NCBI GenBank assembly: GCA_964413165.1
Contig: CAYPSF010000002.1
Coordinates: 7,324-71,323 of the forward strand
DNA length: 64,000 nucleotides
Origin: an uncultured Bifidobacteriaceae bacterium
GTDB lineage: Bacteria > Verrucomicrobiota > Verrucomicrobiia > Limisphaerales > UBA11358
Reading direction: 5' to 3'
In this document: piece by piece, positions 17,559-28,284 of the stretch
How the letters are laid out: the number at the start of each line of letters is the position of its first letter
Position numbering within the stretch: position 1 is the stretch's first letter
Translations under genes and position numbers: made by a program
Notes under the pieces: model-generated
Database searches by the model: none
Seen by the model: only the letters and a program-made list of their open reading frames with translations
What the model was told of the DNA's origin: nothing

Positions 17559-20036
17559 TCACTTTTGCGGAATGCGCAATGTAGTCAATGAGTATGGTTC
17601 GACTGTGCAGGTAAAGGTCGGCGCGACGCCGGTGAATTCACTGACCTGCGGCACTACCGCGGCCGGGCCGCCGACGGAATTTTCGGCGTCCGGATTGGGA
17701 TTTGCCAGGGTGATGACCCGGGCCGATTTTCCCAGTTTGCCGGCGCCGTTCAGATTCACTGTCACCGACATGGATTCGGAGAACGGATTGACCATTTGCA
17801 GGACCAGTTCCCCGGCGCGTTGATCGCGACCGGCGGCGGCGTAGAAGCTTGCGACCGGCCGGTTGTCCGCCTCATGGATCAATTTATCGTCGAGATATGC
17901 CTTCACGTTGCCATCCTGCAATTCGATGCGGATGTCGTACCAGCGGCCGGTCTCGATCGAACCGCGCACGTGATTTTCGGCCAGGTTTCCACCCTGCAAG
18001 GAATGCTCGGTATTGCCCCAGCCGCCGATGTTCCACCAGACCGTGTGATTGATGTCCGGCGTCTGGAACAGGACCAGGAAACCCTCATCGCCGTCCAGTT
18101 TGCGCGCCTTCACGGTCAGCGTGTAGTTCGTCCAGGCTGGGTCACCCGCGACAGCGCGGACGTTTTCGCCGCCGGCATTCTGCCGCAGGGCGCCGTCCGC
18201 CACGGTCCATTCGCCGCCCGCCGTTTTCCAGCCCGCCAGGCCTTTGGTGAAGTCACTGGCGTACAGGACCCGGCCGTCCGGGGCGGTGACACGGATGTCC
18301 TTGTATTCCGCGCGGGTATTCCAAGTACCGACCCCGATCATGCCGGCATGACGTTCCGCGGTCCGGGGGGCTTCGACCTTCACGGGCAAGACCACGTCCG
18401 GGCGATTTTGCGCGAATTGCGCCTGCACGTAGTACGACGGTGTCAGTCCCACGCGGGAGTTGTCGAACCAGATCAAATCCGGGTGCCATTGGTCGTGGCC
18501 GAGCTTGCCGAACAGCGGCGCGTAGGAGGCCAGGACAATTTCATCCGCATTCTTCCACAGGCCGGTCATATAAGCGGCTTCGGCCAGCGCCGCGCGCAGA
18601 TTATTGCGCCGGGCCGTGCCGTCGTGGGCGGCAAATTCGCCGACAAAAATTTTCGGGCCCTGGCGGTCATAGTTGTCGTACCGGTCCACATTCTGGTAGA
18701 GCCATTGGGGCGGTACATAATAGTGTTCATCCACGGCATCGGCGGGCGTTCCCGTATGGAATTTATTCCAGGCAAACTGCCAGAGCGCGTCGTTGGGTAA
18801 AGGCCCGGCGCTGCTGATGATTTTGAGGTCCGGATATTTTGCCTTGAGAGCTCGATGGAACACATCATAGCGGTCAAAATAAACCTGTTGCCATTGCTCG
18901 TTCCCGACGGCAAGGAACTTGAGGTTGAACGGCGCCGGGTGTCCCAGCGCGGCGCGTTTGGCGCCCCAGGCGCTGTTGGTCGGGCCATTGGCAAATTCAA
19001 CCAGGTCGAGGGCATCCTGCACGTAGGGGCCGATTTGATCGAGCGGCACCGGCGGTCCCCGTCGTGCCTGGCAACACATGCCGCAGTTGACCACGGGCAC
19101 CGGTTCCGCGCCGATGTCCTCGCAAAACTGGAAATACTCGAAGAAGCCGAGTCCATAGGTCTGGTTGTATTCCGGCGACCGGTTGTCCTGCCACACATTC
19201 CAGTTTTGTTTGCGTTCGGACACATCGCCGATGGTGTCCTTCCACCGGTACATATTGCCAAAATCCCGGCCCTCGACGATACAGCCGCCCGGAAAGCGCA
19301 GGAACCCCGGCTTCATGTCCGCCAGCGCCTGGGCCAGGTCGGCCCGCAAACCATTGCGCCGGCCACGGAAAGTCTTTTCCGGAAACAGTGAAACCATATC
19401 CAGATCCACCACTCCGGGCTGGGTCGCCAAAACGACCAGCCGGGCATTGGTGACCGAAACGGTGCTGGCCAGGCTGGCCTCGAATTTCGTCCAGCTATCG
19501 CCCAACCCGGTGAGATCGGCCGCCGCCAAAGCCCGGCCATCGCCGTCTTCGAGGGCGATATGCAGGGCGGCGGAATCCCCGGCCCGGCGGCGTGCGTAAA
19601 TCGAGAACAGATAATTGTCACCGGCGCGCACCGCGATGCCGTCGAAACCCGAGTTGACCGCGCCGTATCCGGTGCGGCCGGGATCGGCGGCATAGAGGCG
19701 GAGGAAATGAAGGTTATTGGCGTTGAGCGGCGATTCCGATTCGACCGCGAGCCGGCCCCGGGTCCCGCTGTTGGTCACTTCCCGCCAGGCATAGAGCGGT
19801 TGGCGATCTTCAAACGACCGGTTTTGCACCAGTTCGGCGTAGAGCCCGCCGTCGGCCCCATAATTGATGTCCTCGAAAAACAGCCCGTGCAACGTAGGCG
19901 GAAACGCCAGCCCGGCTTGGTTCACATCTACCGTGAGCCGGGACTGGGCGGCATGGATGTTCAGCGGCGCGGCGGATGCCGCGGCCAGCAAAAAAGCAAC
20001 CAGCAGACGGATTGAATTCATGATTCTGGTCTTCAT
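17559..20036 (-). CDS. Secreted GH51 alpha-L-arabinofuranosidase with an inserted beta-sandwich (DUF1080/LamG-like) domain
   Basis: GH51 blocks GGLYAELVQNRSFE, FLRFPGGCIVEG, AVGNEQWQ and ASYAPLF. Signal peptide follows MKTRIMNS (ATG 20036). Confidence 0.85.
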   Translation of the reverse strand: MKTRIMNSIRLLVAFLLAAASAAPLNIHAAQSRLTVDVNQAGLAFPPTLHGLFFEDINYGADGGLYAELVQNRSFEDRQPLYAWREVTNSGTRGRLAVESESPLNANNLHFLRLYAADPGRTGYGAVNSGFDGIAVRAGDNYLFSIYARRRAGDSAALHIALEDGDGRALAAADLTGLGDSWTKFEASLASTVSVTNARLVVLATQPGVVDLDMVSLFPEKTFRGRRNGLRADLAQALADMKPGFLRFPGGCIVEGRDFGNMYRWKDTIGDVSERKQNWNVWQDNRSPEYNQTYGLGFFEYFQFCEDIGAEPVPVVNCGMCCQARRGPPVPLDQIGPYVQDALDLVEFANGPTNSAWGAKRAALGHPAPFNLKFLAVGNEQWQQVYFDRYDVFHRALKAKYPDLKIISSAGPLPNDALWQFAWNKFHTGTPADAVDEHYYVPPQWLYQNVDRYDNYDRQGPKIFVGEFAAHDGTARRNNLRAALAEAAYMTGLWKNADEIVLASYAPLFGKLGHDQWHPDLIWFDNSRVGLTPSYYVQAQFAQNRPDVVLPVKVEAPRTAERHAGMIGVGTWNTRAEYKDIRVTAPDGRVLYASDFTKGLAGWKTAGGEWTVADGALRQNAGGENVRAVAGDPAWTNYTLTVKARKLDGDEGFLVLFQTPDINHTVWWNIGGWGNTEHSLQGGNLAENHVRGSIETGRWYDIRIELQDGNVKAYLDDKLIHEADNRPVASFYAAAGRDQRAGELVLQMVNPFSESMSVTVNLNGAGKLGKSARVITLANPNPDAENSVGGPAAVVPQVSEFTGVAPTFTCTVEPYSLTTLRIPQK

Positions 20037-20150
20037 GTGTTTGTTGATGCGACGAGGGACGGGTTGATTTTGCCCGGGGCATTTTACTGCCACCGGCCGG
20101 GCCGGCGCATGGGAGTCGATCGAGGTGCGCGTCATTGAAATTGAAAGTGG

Positions 20151-23078
20151 TTAATGCGCCAACCGATAAAATTTCACCGCGTCGGATTCGGGTATCCGAA
20201 TCGGGTCAACGGCGCCGCCGGAACCGGTCCAGGGGCCCGATACATTGGTGCTCACCTGGAGCGTCGCCGCCGGCCAGGTCCAATAGACAAGTTTTTCATC
20301 CGGATAGAGAGCGAGGCCGATCTTCAACGGATCACCCGGCAGCGAGTCCGTGGCAAAATAGGCACGCGTGACCGTGCCCAGCTGGGAATTGGCCGGGTTG
20401 CCCAGGGTAACGCGAAAGAACGTACCCGGCTGCAGGAGGGCGGCCGGCCAGGGAATGTTTGTGACCAGAATGCCCGGAACCAGATGCAGCGTACCATTCG
20501 TCACCACCGTGCCATCCGCCGTCTCGATACGGTAATCCACGGAAACCGTGTTGGTGACAAAGGAACTGAGACCGACGGGAATGCCGTTGGGCATTGAAGC
20601 CGTATCATTTGCGTTGGTCCCGACCCCGAGGCCCACCGAGATGGGCGATGCGGGAGGCGTTTGCAATCGAAGAATGGAGAGGGAATTGGCCGGGAACGTA
20701 CAAACAAAATTGGTTCCGGCGTTGGTGATGTTGGTGGCAACGGGAAACACTTTCGTTGGCGAGGCGGGTGAATTTTCGTCCAACGGGCTGGCGGAGGTCA
20801 ACTGCTCCAGGCCGGCCACGGGGACAATCGACGAAAGGCCGTCCAGGTTGAAGGTGGTGGTGATCGGATTGGCGGAGACGTTCGCCGCCTTGACAATGAC
20901 CTGGCCGCTGGCCCGGGCGTAACTGGCCGAGGCATAAAGCGGCAGGATGACGGGATAATTCACATCGAGGACCAAGGCACTGTTGAGATAACATTGGATG
21001 CGGGTGCCATTGAGGACGATGCGGATGTCGTACCATTGACCGGTAACAACGGAACCGGGAACACCCTCGCCGATGATGGTTTTGGCGCCATTGACCATTT
21101 GTTCGACGGCGGTCTGCGTATTGTTCCAGCCGGCCACATTGAACCAGGTCCAGTTATTGTCATCGAGCCAGTTGAACAAAATGAGGAAGCCCTCGCTGCC
21201 GCCGACCTTTCGGGCACGGAGGGTGATGGTGTAATTGCTCCAGTTGGAGTTGCCGGTGGTCGAACGGCAGTCGGTGGCAACGGCGGTCTGCTGGTAAACG
21301 CCGCCGCTGGTGCCCCAGGTGCCGTTAAAAACCTGCCAGCCCAGAGCGCCGGAAGTGAAATCACTTTGATAAAGCGTCACGCCGTTGCTGGTGACGACAA
21401 TATTGGTGTATTGGACCGACGTATTCCACGACCCCAGACCAATGGCGCCACGCGGCGGCGGGTTGGTCGTGCCACCGGTGAAAGTGACGGCCAGGGGCAA
21501 GACGACGTCGCCGCGATTCTGCGCAAACATCTGCTGAACGTAATAAGAAGGTGTGCCATACACCTGCGAGCCGGTAAAATAGATCAGGTCCGGGTTCCAG
21601 TTTTTGTTGTTCAGGTTGGCAAAGAGCGGGGCGTAAGAGGCCATCGTCACGACATCCGAGTTGCGTTCCATGCCGGTCATGAAGGCCGCTTCGCCGAGCG
21701 CACCGGCCAGATTGCCGTTGCCGGCGCCAGCGGTTACAGCATATTCACCCACGTAAACTTTCGGGCCGCTACGGCTATACGTGTCATAGCGGGTGGCGTT
21801 GATCATGAAGAAGCCGGGATCGGCATAATAGTGTTCATCGCTGATCTCCACCGGGCGGGAGGCGGGGAGGCCGCCGAAGTTATTGGCCACGATTTGGATA
21901 TCGGGGTAATTGCTTTTGATGGCGTCGTAGAAGAGCGCGTAGCGGTCACTGTAGGCCGAGCCGCCGTTTTCGTTGCCGATTTCGATGTATTTCAGTTTGA
22001 ACGGCGCGGGATGGCCAGCGGCGGCACGCAATGCGCCCCAGTTGCTGTTGGTCGGACCATTCGCATATTCAACGGCATCCAGCGCGTCCTGCACGTACGG
22101 CCCCATCTGAGCGAGCGGCACCGAGTCGCCGACGTAAAAGACATCCATGCCACAATTGATCACGAACAACGATTCCGCGCCGATGTCCTCGCACAGCTGG
22201 AGGTACTCGTAATAACCAAGGCCATTGTCCACGTAATAACCCCAGAGATTATGTTGCAGCCAGCGGTCCCCGACCGGCCCGATAGTCCGTTTCCAGTTGT
22301 ACAGGTTGGCGAGAGAATCGCCATTGACCCAGCTGCCGCCGGGAAACCGCATGAACGCGGGTTGCAGCCCGGTGAGCATATTGGCCAGGTCGGGACGCAG
22401 GCCATTGGTGCGGTTATGGAACGTCTGGCGGGGGAATAATGAAACCACATCAAGCCACACCTTCCCCACTTGCGAGAAGGCGATGGACAACCGGCTGTTG
22501 GCATTGCTGCCCAGTGCGACCAGCGGCAGGGAGAAATGCTGCCAGCCGGTAGTCAGGCCCGTCACGGTGCCCAGTGCATAAATCTGGCTGCCATTGGCGC
22601 TTTCCAGGCGGACGGAGAGAGCGCCGCCAAAGCCGGCGGAACAGCGCGCGTACAGGTTCAAGTCGTAAGTCTGGCCCGCCTGGAGATCCATTCCCCAATA
22701 ACCGTTATTCGCAATTCCCACGCTGCCGACGCCGGAAGTGAGGGTCAGGCTGGCCGAATACAGATTACTCGCATTCAGCGGCAGCGAGGAATCGGCGAAC
22801 CAGGACCCGCTGCCCGTCCCAGTCGTGATGAACTGCCAGAAATTGGTGTTGCCCGGCTCTTCAAAGGAGCGGTTCCGCACCATTTCCGCATAAATCCCGC
22901 CATCACCGGCGCTGTTGATCTCCTCGAAAAAAATGCCGAACAGGTTGGAACTGATGGTCGCTCCCGGCTGGTTCGCCTGGATGGCGATGGTAGCAGCAGA
23001 TTGCGCCTGAACCGCGAGGGCCGTCAGGGTGATCAGCGCCAAAACCAACCGGCGGCAACTTTTAAAAACGACCTTCAT
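20151..23078 (-). CDS. Secreted GH51 alpha-L-arabinofuranosidase, long form with Ig-like C-terminal extension and FYRL-type end
   Basis: GH51 blocks GGIYAEMVRNRSFE, FMRFPGGSWVNG, EIGNENGG and ASYAPLF. Signal peptide follows MKVVFKS (ATG 23078). Ends in ...YWTWP...VKFYRLAH. Confidence 0.85.
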   Translation of the reverse strand: MKVVFKSCRRLVLALITLTALAVQAQSAATIAIQANQPGATISSNLFGIFFEEINSAGDGGIYAEMVRNRSFEEPGNTNFWQFITTGTGSGSWFADSSLPLNASNLYSASLTLTSGVGSVGIANNGYWGMDLQAGQTYDLNLYARCSAGFGGALSVRLESANGSQIYALGTVTGLTTGWQHFSLPLVALGSNANSRLSIAFSQVGKVWLDVVSLFPRQTFHNRTNGLRPDLANMLTGLQPAFMRFPGGSWVNGDSLANLYNWKRTIGPVGDRWLQHNLWGYYVDNGLGYYEYLQLCEDIGAESLFVINCGMDVFYVGDSVPLAQMGPYVQDALDAVEYANGPTNSNWGALRAAAGHPAPFKLKYIEIGNENGGSAYSDRYALFYDAIKSNYPDIQIVANNFGGLPASRPVEISDEHYYADPGFFMINATRYDTYSRSGPKVYVGEYAVTAGAGNGNLAGALGEAAFMTGMERNSDVVTMASYAPLFANLNNKNWNPDLIYFTGSQVYGTPSYYVQQMFAQNRGDVVLPLAVTFTGGTTNPPPRGAIGLGSWNTSVQYTNIVVTSNGVTLYQSDFTSGALGWQVFNGTWGTSGGVYQQTAVATDCRSTTGNSNWSNYTITLRARKVGGSEGFLILFNWLDDNNWTWFNVAGWNNTQTAVEQMVNGAKTIIGEGVPGSVVTGQWYDIRIVLNGTRIQCYLNSALVLDVNYPVILPLYASASYARASGQVIVKAANVSANPITTTFNLDGLSSIVPVAGLEQLTSASPLDENSPASPTKVFPVATNITNAGTNFVCTFPANSLSILRLQTPPASPISVGLGVGTNANDTASMPNGIPVGLSSFVTNTVSVDYRIETADGTVVTNGTLHLVPGILVTNIPWPAALLQPGTFFRVTLGNPANSQLGTVTRAYFATDSLPGDPLKIGLALYPDEKLVYWTWPAATLQVSTNVSGPWTGSGGAVDPIRIPESDAVKFYRLAH

Positions 23079-23116
23079 CCGGCCAAATTCACTTTTGCAT
23101 CTCAGGGATTGAATCA

Positions 23117-25834
23117 TCACGGCAATTGCAGCCGGAAGAACATCTGATTGTTCGTGGGTGCGAGGCTCAGGAAATTGATGCCATTGGTCGGAAGCAGCAC
23201 ACCGGCGACCGGCACCCACGCTGAACCGAAACCAAGATTGGGCGAACTGCCCAACACCAGCCCGTTGGTCCAGGCCGGCCAACTGAGGGTCAAGGCTGAC
23301 GCATTGTTCGCGAGGTTGATGCCGGCGGCGGTGATTTGTTCGATGGGCAAGGATTGCGAGTTAATTTGCACCGAATCGATCTGGCCGTTGAAGTTGGTGT
23401 CCGCAGAGAACTGGCTGCGCCCAAAATAATTTATCGAACCGGCCACATCGGACGGCAGAAGATTGATACTGGGATTCACGGCCACGGCCTGGCCGTTGAC
23501 AAACATCACCGCCTCGCGGCCATCGAGCGTCACCGCCACGTGCGTCCAGACGTTCACCGGCAGGGGGCTGGGCGCGTCCACGTGCCGGGCCTCGGAACCG
23601 CCGTTGGGGGTGATTTCAAAACGCAACGCGCCATTGTTGGCCTTGGCCGTGAGCATGGCATAGCTGGTGGTTCCTGAACCGAAATCGAAGATGCGCTGCC
23701 AGACATTGCCGCCGCCCCACTTGACCCACGCGGCAAACGTGCGCAGGGCACCCACGCCAACCGGTAGGGCAACGTATTCTGACGCACTGTTGTTCAGATT
23801 CAAAACGGGGCCGCGGATGGAGTCGGCGGGTGTGGTCGCCCCGTTTTGCAGCGCGCCATCAAACAGCCCATTGGCATCGGCGGCATCGCCGTTGAAGGGA
23901 TAGAACGCCGCCCAATTCGAGCTGGTCGCGTTGGGCAGCACGTCCACAAAATTGGTCGCCAGACGGCCGAGGCTGTCGACGGCCGCCAGCACAATGCGAT
24001 GAAAACCGTTGGTGGCTTCCACACCGGTGGCCGGAATGGCGTAACTTCCGCCGCCGACTCCCGGCAGCGGACCGAACACGACGTTGGTGACGCCCGCGTC
24101 ACGGAACTCAACCGTCCAGGTGAGCCCGGTGGCGGACAAGGGTGTATCGGCAAAATCGGTCGCGGTACCAGTGAACTGCAGGGTGTCGCCGGGGCGGTAA
24201 TACGAGCCGGCGGATGGCGAGGTAATCACCGGTTGCGGCGCAACTATTTCGTTCGCGGAAAGCGCCCGGCCGTAAATGCGGATGGAACCGATCTGGCCGT
24301 TGAAGTAGGGGTCGTTGGTGAAAGGACTGCGGCCGAACCAGGTATTGGTGGGCGCGAAGTCCGGCGGCGTCAACGTCATCGAAGTGTTGGTCGCCACCGG
24401 CGCGCCGTTGACGTAAAGAATTCCGCGCGCGCCGTCCGTGGTCACGGCCACGTGCGTCCAGACATTGGTCGGCAAAGGATTGGGCGCGTCCAGAGTCCGT
24501 TCACCGGCGCTGCCCGAGGAAGTGATGGTGAATCGGGGCAATCCATTGGCAGCTTGCGGCGTGATGAAGGCGTATTTGTTGGTATTGCGGCCAAAGTCGA
24601 GGATCCGCTGCCAGGGCAAGCCGCCATTCCATTTGAACACGGCGGCAAAGGTGCAGCCGTTGGCCACGCCGTCGGGCAGATTGACATACTGATTCGTTCC
24701 GCTGAACACGAGCACGTTGCCGAGCAAGGGATCGTTGTGAACGTAAGCGCCGTTCTGGATCAAACCGTAATACTGGCCGTTGTCATCGCGGGCATCCCGC
24801 TGGAAGCGATAGGCCGCCGACCAATCGTTCGTGAACAGCGGCCAATCATCCGGTGTCCAGGACAACGGCTCGATGTCATACGTGGGTGCCCCATTGGCGT
24901 TGCCGTCGTAATAATGGTAGCCGAAATATTCGACGCCACCTTCATTGAGAATGCCGATCTGGCCCGGGCCGATAAATTTGCCGGTCGTCTTCAAAAAAAG
25001 CGTGCCGCCGCTGAAGACCATGTTGGCGTTGTTGCGGTCGAAAAACGGGCCGGTGATGTTAGCGCTGCGACCGACGCGAATGTTGTAAGTGCTGTCCACC
25101 CCGGCACAACAGGCGCCCCAATTGACGAACAGGTAATAAAAACCTCCGTGAGTATAAAGATAGGAGGCCTCAATCGGGTCGCCGCTGGCGGCATTGTCGG
25201 TGGCTACCGAGTAAACCGTCAGGTTGGTGGTGCTGCGTTTACCGGTGGCCGCATCGAGCTGAATCATCCGGATGCCGCCAAAAAAGGACCCCAAGGACAT
25301 CCACAAATTGCTGGAGGCGTCGAACATGACGCTCGGATCGATGGCGTTATAAGTGACGCTGGAACTGGACTGGATGACCGCGCCCTGGTCGGTCCACAGA
25401 TAGCCCGGGTCGCTGGGATCGAGCGTAGGATTGGTGGCGAGCCCGATCGCCGAGACCTGGCTGCCGAAGGTGGAGATGGCATAGTACAGGTGATACTGGC
25501 CGTTGAAGTAGATGACATCCGGCGCCCAGAAAGTCCCGGCGAATCCCGGCACGGAATTCGTGGTCCAGACCGGCGAATTGGCGAACACCGGCGGGCCGGT
25601 CACCCAATAGGTTTTATCAGCGGACGATTTCGAGCTGATCCCGAACCCGGTGCTGAAAACGTAATAGCGACCATTGCACGGAATCATGGCCGAGGGATCG
25701 TGAACTCCGAGGCTGCCGCGCAAGATGGACGGAGCGGCCTGAAGCAAACCGGGGAGGATGCCGACCACCAGGATGATGAGGCTGAATTGACCGGCGGCGA
25801 ACCGGCGGAACCAAGGGATCAAGATCATTTGCAT
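23117..25834 (-). CDS. Secreted GH43 (arabinanase-like) with two LamG-like domains, an Ig-like domain and an FYRL-type end; paralogue of 14999-17443
   Basis: GVHDPSAMIPCNGRYYVFSTG, FWAPDVIYFNGQYHLYY. LamG-like FAAVFKWNGGLPWQRILDFG and FAAWVKWGGGNVWQRIFDFG. Ends in ...LTLSWP...MFFRLQLP. Confidence 0.85.
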   Translation of the reverse strand: MQMILIPWFRRFAAGQFSLIILVVGILPGLLQAAPSILRGSLGVHDPSAMIPCNGRYYVFSTGFGISSKSSADKTYWVTGPPVFANSPVWTTNSVPGFAGTFWAPDVIYFNGQYHLYYAISTFGSQVSAIGLATNPTLDPSDPGYLWTDQGAVIQSSSSVTYNAIDPSVMFDASSNLWMSLGSFFGGIRMIQLDAATGKRSTTNLTVYSVATDNAASGDPIEASYLYTHGGFYYLFVNWGACCAGVDSTYNIRVGRSANITGPFFDRNNANMVFSGGTLFLKTTGKFIGPGQIGILNEGGVEYFGYHYYDGNANGAPTYDIEPLSWTPDDWPLFTNDWSAAYRFQRDARDDNGQYYGLIQNGAYVHNDPLLGNVLVFSGTNQYVNLPDGVANGCTFAAVFKWNGGLPWQRILDFGRNTNKYAFITPQAANGLPRFTITSSGSAGERTLDAPNPLPTNVWTHVAVTTDGARGILYVNGAPVATNTSMTLTPPDFAPTNTWFGRSPFTNDPYFNGQIGSIRIYGRALSANEIVAPQPVITSPSAGSYYRPGDTLQFTGTATDFADTPLSATGLTWTVEFRDAGVTNVVFGPLPGVGGGSYAIPATGVEATNGFHRIVLAAVDSLGRLATNFVDVLPNATSSNWAAFYPFNGDAADANGLFDGALQNGATTPADSIRGPVLNLNNSASEYVALPVGVGALRTFAAWVKWGGGNVWQRIFDFGSGTTSYAMLTAKANNGALRFEITPNGGSEARHVDAPSPLPVNVWTHVAVTLDGREAVMFVNGQAVAVNPSINLLPSDVAGSINYFGRSQFSADTNFNGQIDSVQINSQSLPIEQITAAGINLANNASALTLSWPAWTNGLVLGSSPNLGFGSAWVPVAGVLLPTNGINFLSLAPTNNQMFFRLQLP

Positions 25835-25857
25835 AATAAATCGCCTTTACAACGGAA

Positions 25858-28272
25858 TCACTGCGTTTTGATGCGCAGTACCGTCATTGAGTGTTTTGGA
25901 AACCGATGGTCGAACCGGAGCCCGGCGATTTTAAAAATCGATTCCACCGGAGCGACCGCGAGCGGGTGGTCCAGTGAATTCACATCGCCCGGGCTGGCAC
26001 TGGCCAATGTAACGGCTTTCACTTCGGGGGCGACCGACGTCAAACCGTCGAGATGAATTTGGGCTTCACCAGCGGCATCGCCCGGGTTGACCACTTTGAG
26101 GATGAGTTCGCCCGCTTTTTCATCCCGGACCGCGCTGGCGTAAAGCTGCTGGACCTGAGGCGGCGGCACTTCGGCGCTCTGTATGAGTTTCCCGTCGAGA
26201 TAACAATCCAGCTTCGCGCCTTTGAGTTCGATCTTCACGTCATACCATCGTCCCGTCTCAATTGAGCCGGGCACCTGCGCGACCAGGTGATCCTGTTGGG
26301 CCCAACGGGCCTGGATGCCGTGAATCCTGTTTTCATAGCCGCCGAGGTTCCAAACCACGTGATTTTCCGGCCCTTCATAACGCACCATGACGGCAAAGCC
26401 TTCCGCGCCGGCAAGCTTCCGTGCCTTGAGCGAAAGGGTGTAATCACTCCAGGAAACCTCACCGGCCAGGACGAGGCCCGATGCTTTCGGGTCGGCCTGT
26501 TGAAACGCGCCGTCTTTGACGGACCAATTGCCGCGTTCAACCGACCATCCCGGCGTGCCGTCGGTGAAGCGGGAACTCAGCAGCGTCTGGCCATCGCGCG
26601 TCACCTGCACGTCTTTGAATTCCGCAGCGGTCTGATGGGTGCCCAACCCGATGTGTCCGCCCGGCCGGGCGGGAAGTTCAACTCCCGTCAAAGTCACGGG
26701 CAGCACCACGTCCCCACGGTTGAGGCTGAAGAGTTGTTGCACGTAGTAGTTGGGCGTGCCATAGACGCGGAGGTTGTCGGTCCAGATCAAGTTAGGCGTC
26801 CATTGCCAGCCTTCGACGTGCGCAAACAACGGCGCGTAGGAGGCCATGCGCACGACGTCCGCATTGCGTTCGAGGCCGGTCAGATAGGCCGCTTCGGCCA
26901 ACGCGCACTCGAGATTATTCCGGTTTTTGACGCTGACCATGGCCACGCTCTGCGCGGCGTATTCCCCGAAGAACACCTTGGGGCCGCTACGATCGTAATG
27001 GTCGTAGCGACGGGAATTGGCGAGGAACCAGAGCGGCGGCGCGTAGCAATGCTCATCCACGATATCCATCTTCAACTCGCGGAATTTCGGCCACAGGAAT
27101 TGAAAACGTTCATCGGCGGGCAAGGGACCGGCACTGGCGACGAGGGCGATTTCAGGATGTTTTTCCTTGAGCACTTTCACGAAACGCGCGAGCCGTTCAA
27201 TGTATTGAGGCCCCCACTGTTCATTCCCGACCCCCAACATTTTCAGATGGAACGGTTCCGGGTGGCCCATGGCGGTCCGCCGGGCGCCCCAGGGGCTGGC
27301 GGCCGGACCGTTGGCAAACTCAATCAGATCGAGGGCATCCTGGATATAGGGCTCCAGTTCATCCAGCGGCACCAGCTCGCCGGAATTGAACTGGCAGGCC
27401 ATGCCGCAATTCAGGATCGGCAACGGTTCCGCACCGATATCGTCGCATAACTGGAAGAACTCGAAAAAGCCCAGGCCGAACGACTGGAAGTAATCCGGCG
27501 CCGGCCGGTGCAAAAATTCATAGTTCCACCGGTTGATGAGCAGCTGGCGGTCTTCGACCGGACCGAGGGTGTTTTTCCACTGATAGCGCCGCTCCAACAC
27601 GCTGCCTTCGACGATGCACCCGCCAGGAAAGCGCAGGAAGCCGGGCTTCAGGTCGGCGAGCAGCTGCACCATATCCGCGCGCAGGCCGCCGGGCCGGTTC
27701 TTCCATGTTTTTTCCGGGAAGAGCGATACCATGGCGAGGTCAACCGTGCCTTTTCCTTCCACGAGGAGCGCCAATCGCGCCTTTGCGTCGGTATCGTTGG
27801 GGCGCAAAGTCGCCGTGCATTTTTTCCAGTTCAAGGAAAATCCCCCCAACGGCACGGAGTCCAGCAAACTGCCGTCGGCGCCATAGAGTTGCACGAGCAA
27901 AACGGGCGAACCGGTCATGCCGCGAATTTGCGCGGAAAAATGATATGCCTCGCCCCGGCGGACGCCCATACCCCGAAAACCCTCGTTGGAAATCCCGAAC
28001 GGCGCGGTGCCTTCCGACTGAATACGCACAAAGTGAGAATTGGTTGGCGCAAACGGGCCGCCATCACGAACGGATATCTCTCCCCGCGCATGACTGGGAC
28101 TGACCTTGATCCAGCCCATCAGGGGATCGGGAAATTCGAACGCACGGTTCTTGACCAGCTCGGCATAAAGCCCGCCGTCGGCGCCAAAGTTGATGTCCTC
28201 GAAAAATATCCCCCACATGGCGGGATTGATCTTCGCGCCCGGCTGGTCCGCCTGAACTTTTATGGTCGTCAT
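25858..28272 (-). CDS. GH51 alpha-L-arabinofuranosidase, no signal peptide (cytoplasmic)
   Basis: Starts MTTIKVQADQPGAKINPAMWGIFFEDINFGADGGLYAELVKNRAFE. Blocks FLRFPGGCIVEG, GVGNEQWG and ASYAPLF. Confidence 0.85.
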   Translation of the reverse strand: MTTIKVQADQPGAKINPAMWGIFFEDINFGADGGLYAELVKNRAFEFPDPLMGWIKVSPSHARGEISVRDGGPFAPTNSHFVRIQSEGTAPFGISNEGFRGMGVRRGEAYHFSAQIRGMTGSPVLLVQLYGADGSLLDSVPLGGFSLNWKKCTATLRPNDTDAKARLALLVEGKGTVDLAMVSLFPEKTWKNRPGGLRADMVQLLADLKPGFLRFPGGCIVEGSVLERRYQWKNTLGPVEDRQLLINRWNYEFLHRPAPDYFQSFGLGFFEFFQLCDDIGAEPLPILNCGMACQFNSGELVPLDELEPYIQDALDLIEFANGPAASPWGARRTAMGHPEPFHLKMLGVGNEQWGPQYIERLARFVKVLKEKHPEIALVASAGPLPADERFQFLWPKFRELKMDIVDEHCYAPPLWFLANSRRYDHYDRSGPKVFFGEYAAQSVAMVSVKNRNNLECALAEAAYLTGLERNADVVRMASYAPLFAHVEGWQWTPNLIWTDNLRVYGTPNYYVQQLFSLNRGDVVLPVTLTGVELPARPGGHIGLGTHQTAAEFKDVQVTRDGQTLLSSRFTDGTPGWSVERGNWSVKDGAFQQADPKASGLVLAGEVSWSDYTLSLKARKLAGAEGFAVMVRYEGPENHVVWNLGGYENRIHGIQARWAQQDHLVAQVPGSIETGRWYDVKIELKGAKLDCYLDGKLIQSAEVPPPQVQQLYASAVRDEKAGELILKVVNPGDAAGEAQIHLDGLTSVAPEVKAVTLASASPGDVNSLDHPLAVAPVESIFKIAGLRFDHRFPKHSMTVLRIKTQ

Positions 28273-28284
28273 ATCGGGTAAGGT

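Noticed and set aside
23846-26056. Very long antisense ORFs: 736 aa here, and also 15455-17041, 20994-22439, 28324-29823, 41130-42350, 5377-6900 and 60321-61613
   Set aside because: They lie opposite genes with unambiguous family motifs. Their translations are Arg/Gly/Ala/Pro-rich low-complexity strings with no recognisable domains. This is the usual stop-codon-poor antisense artefact of high-GC DNA.
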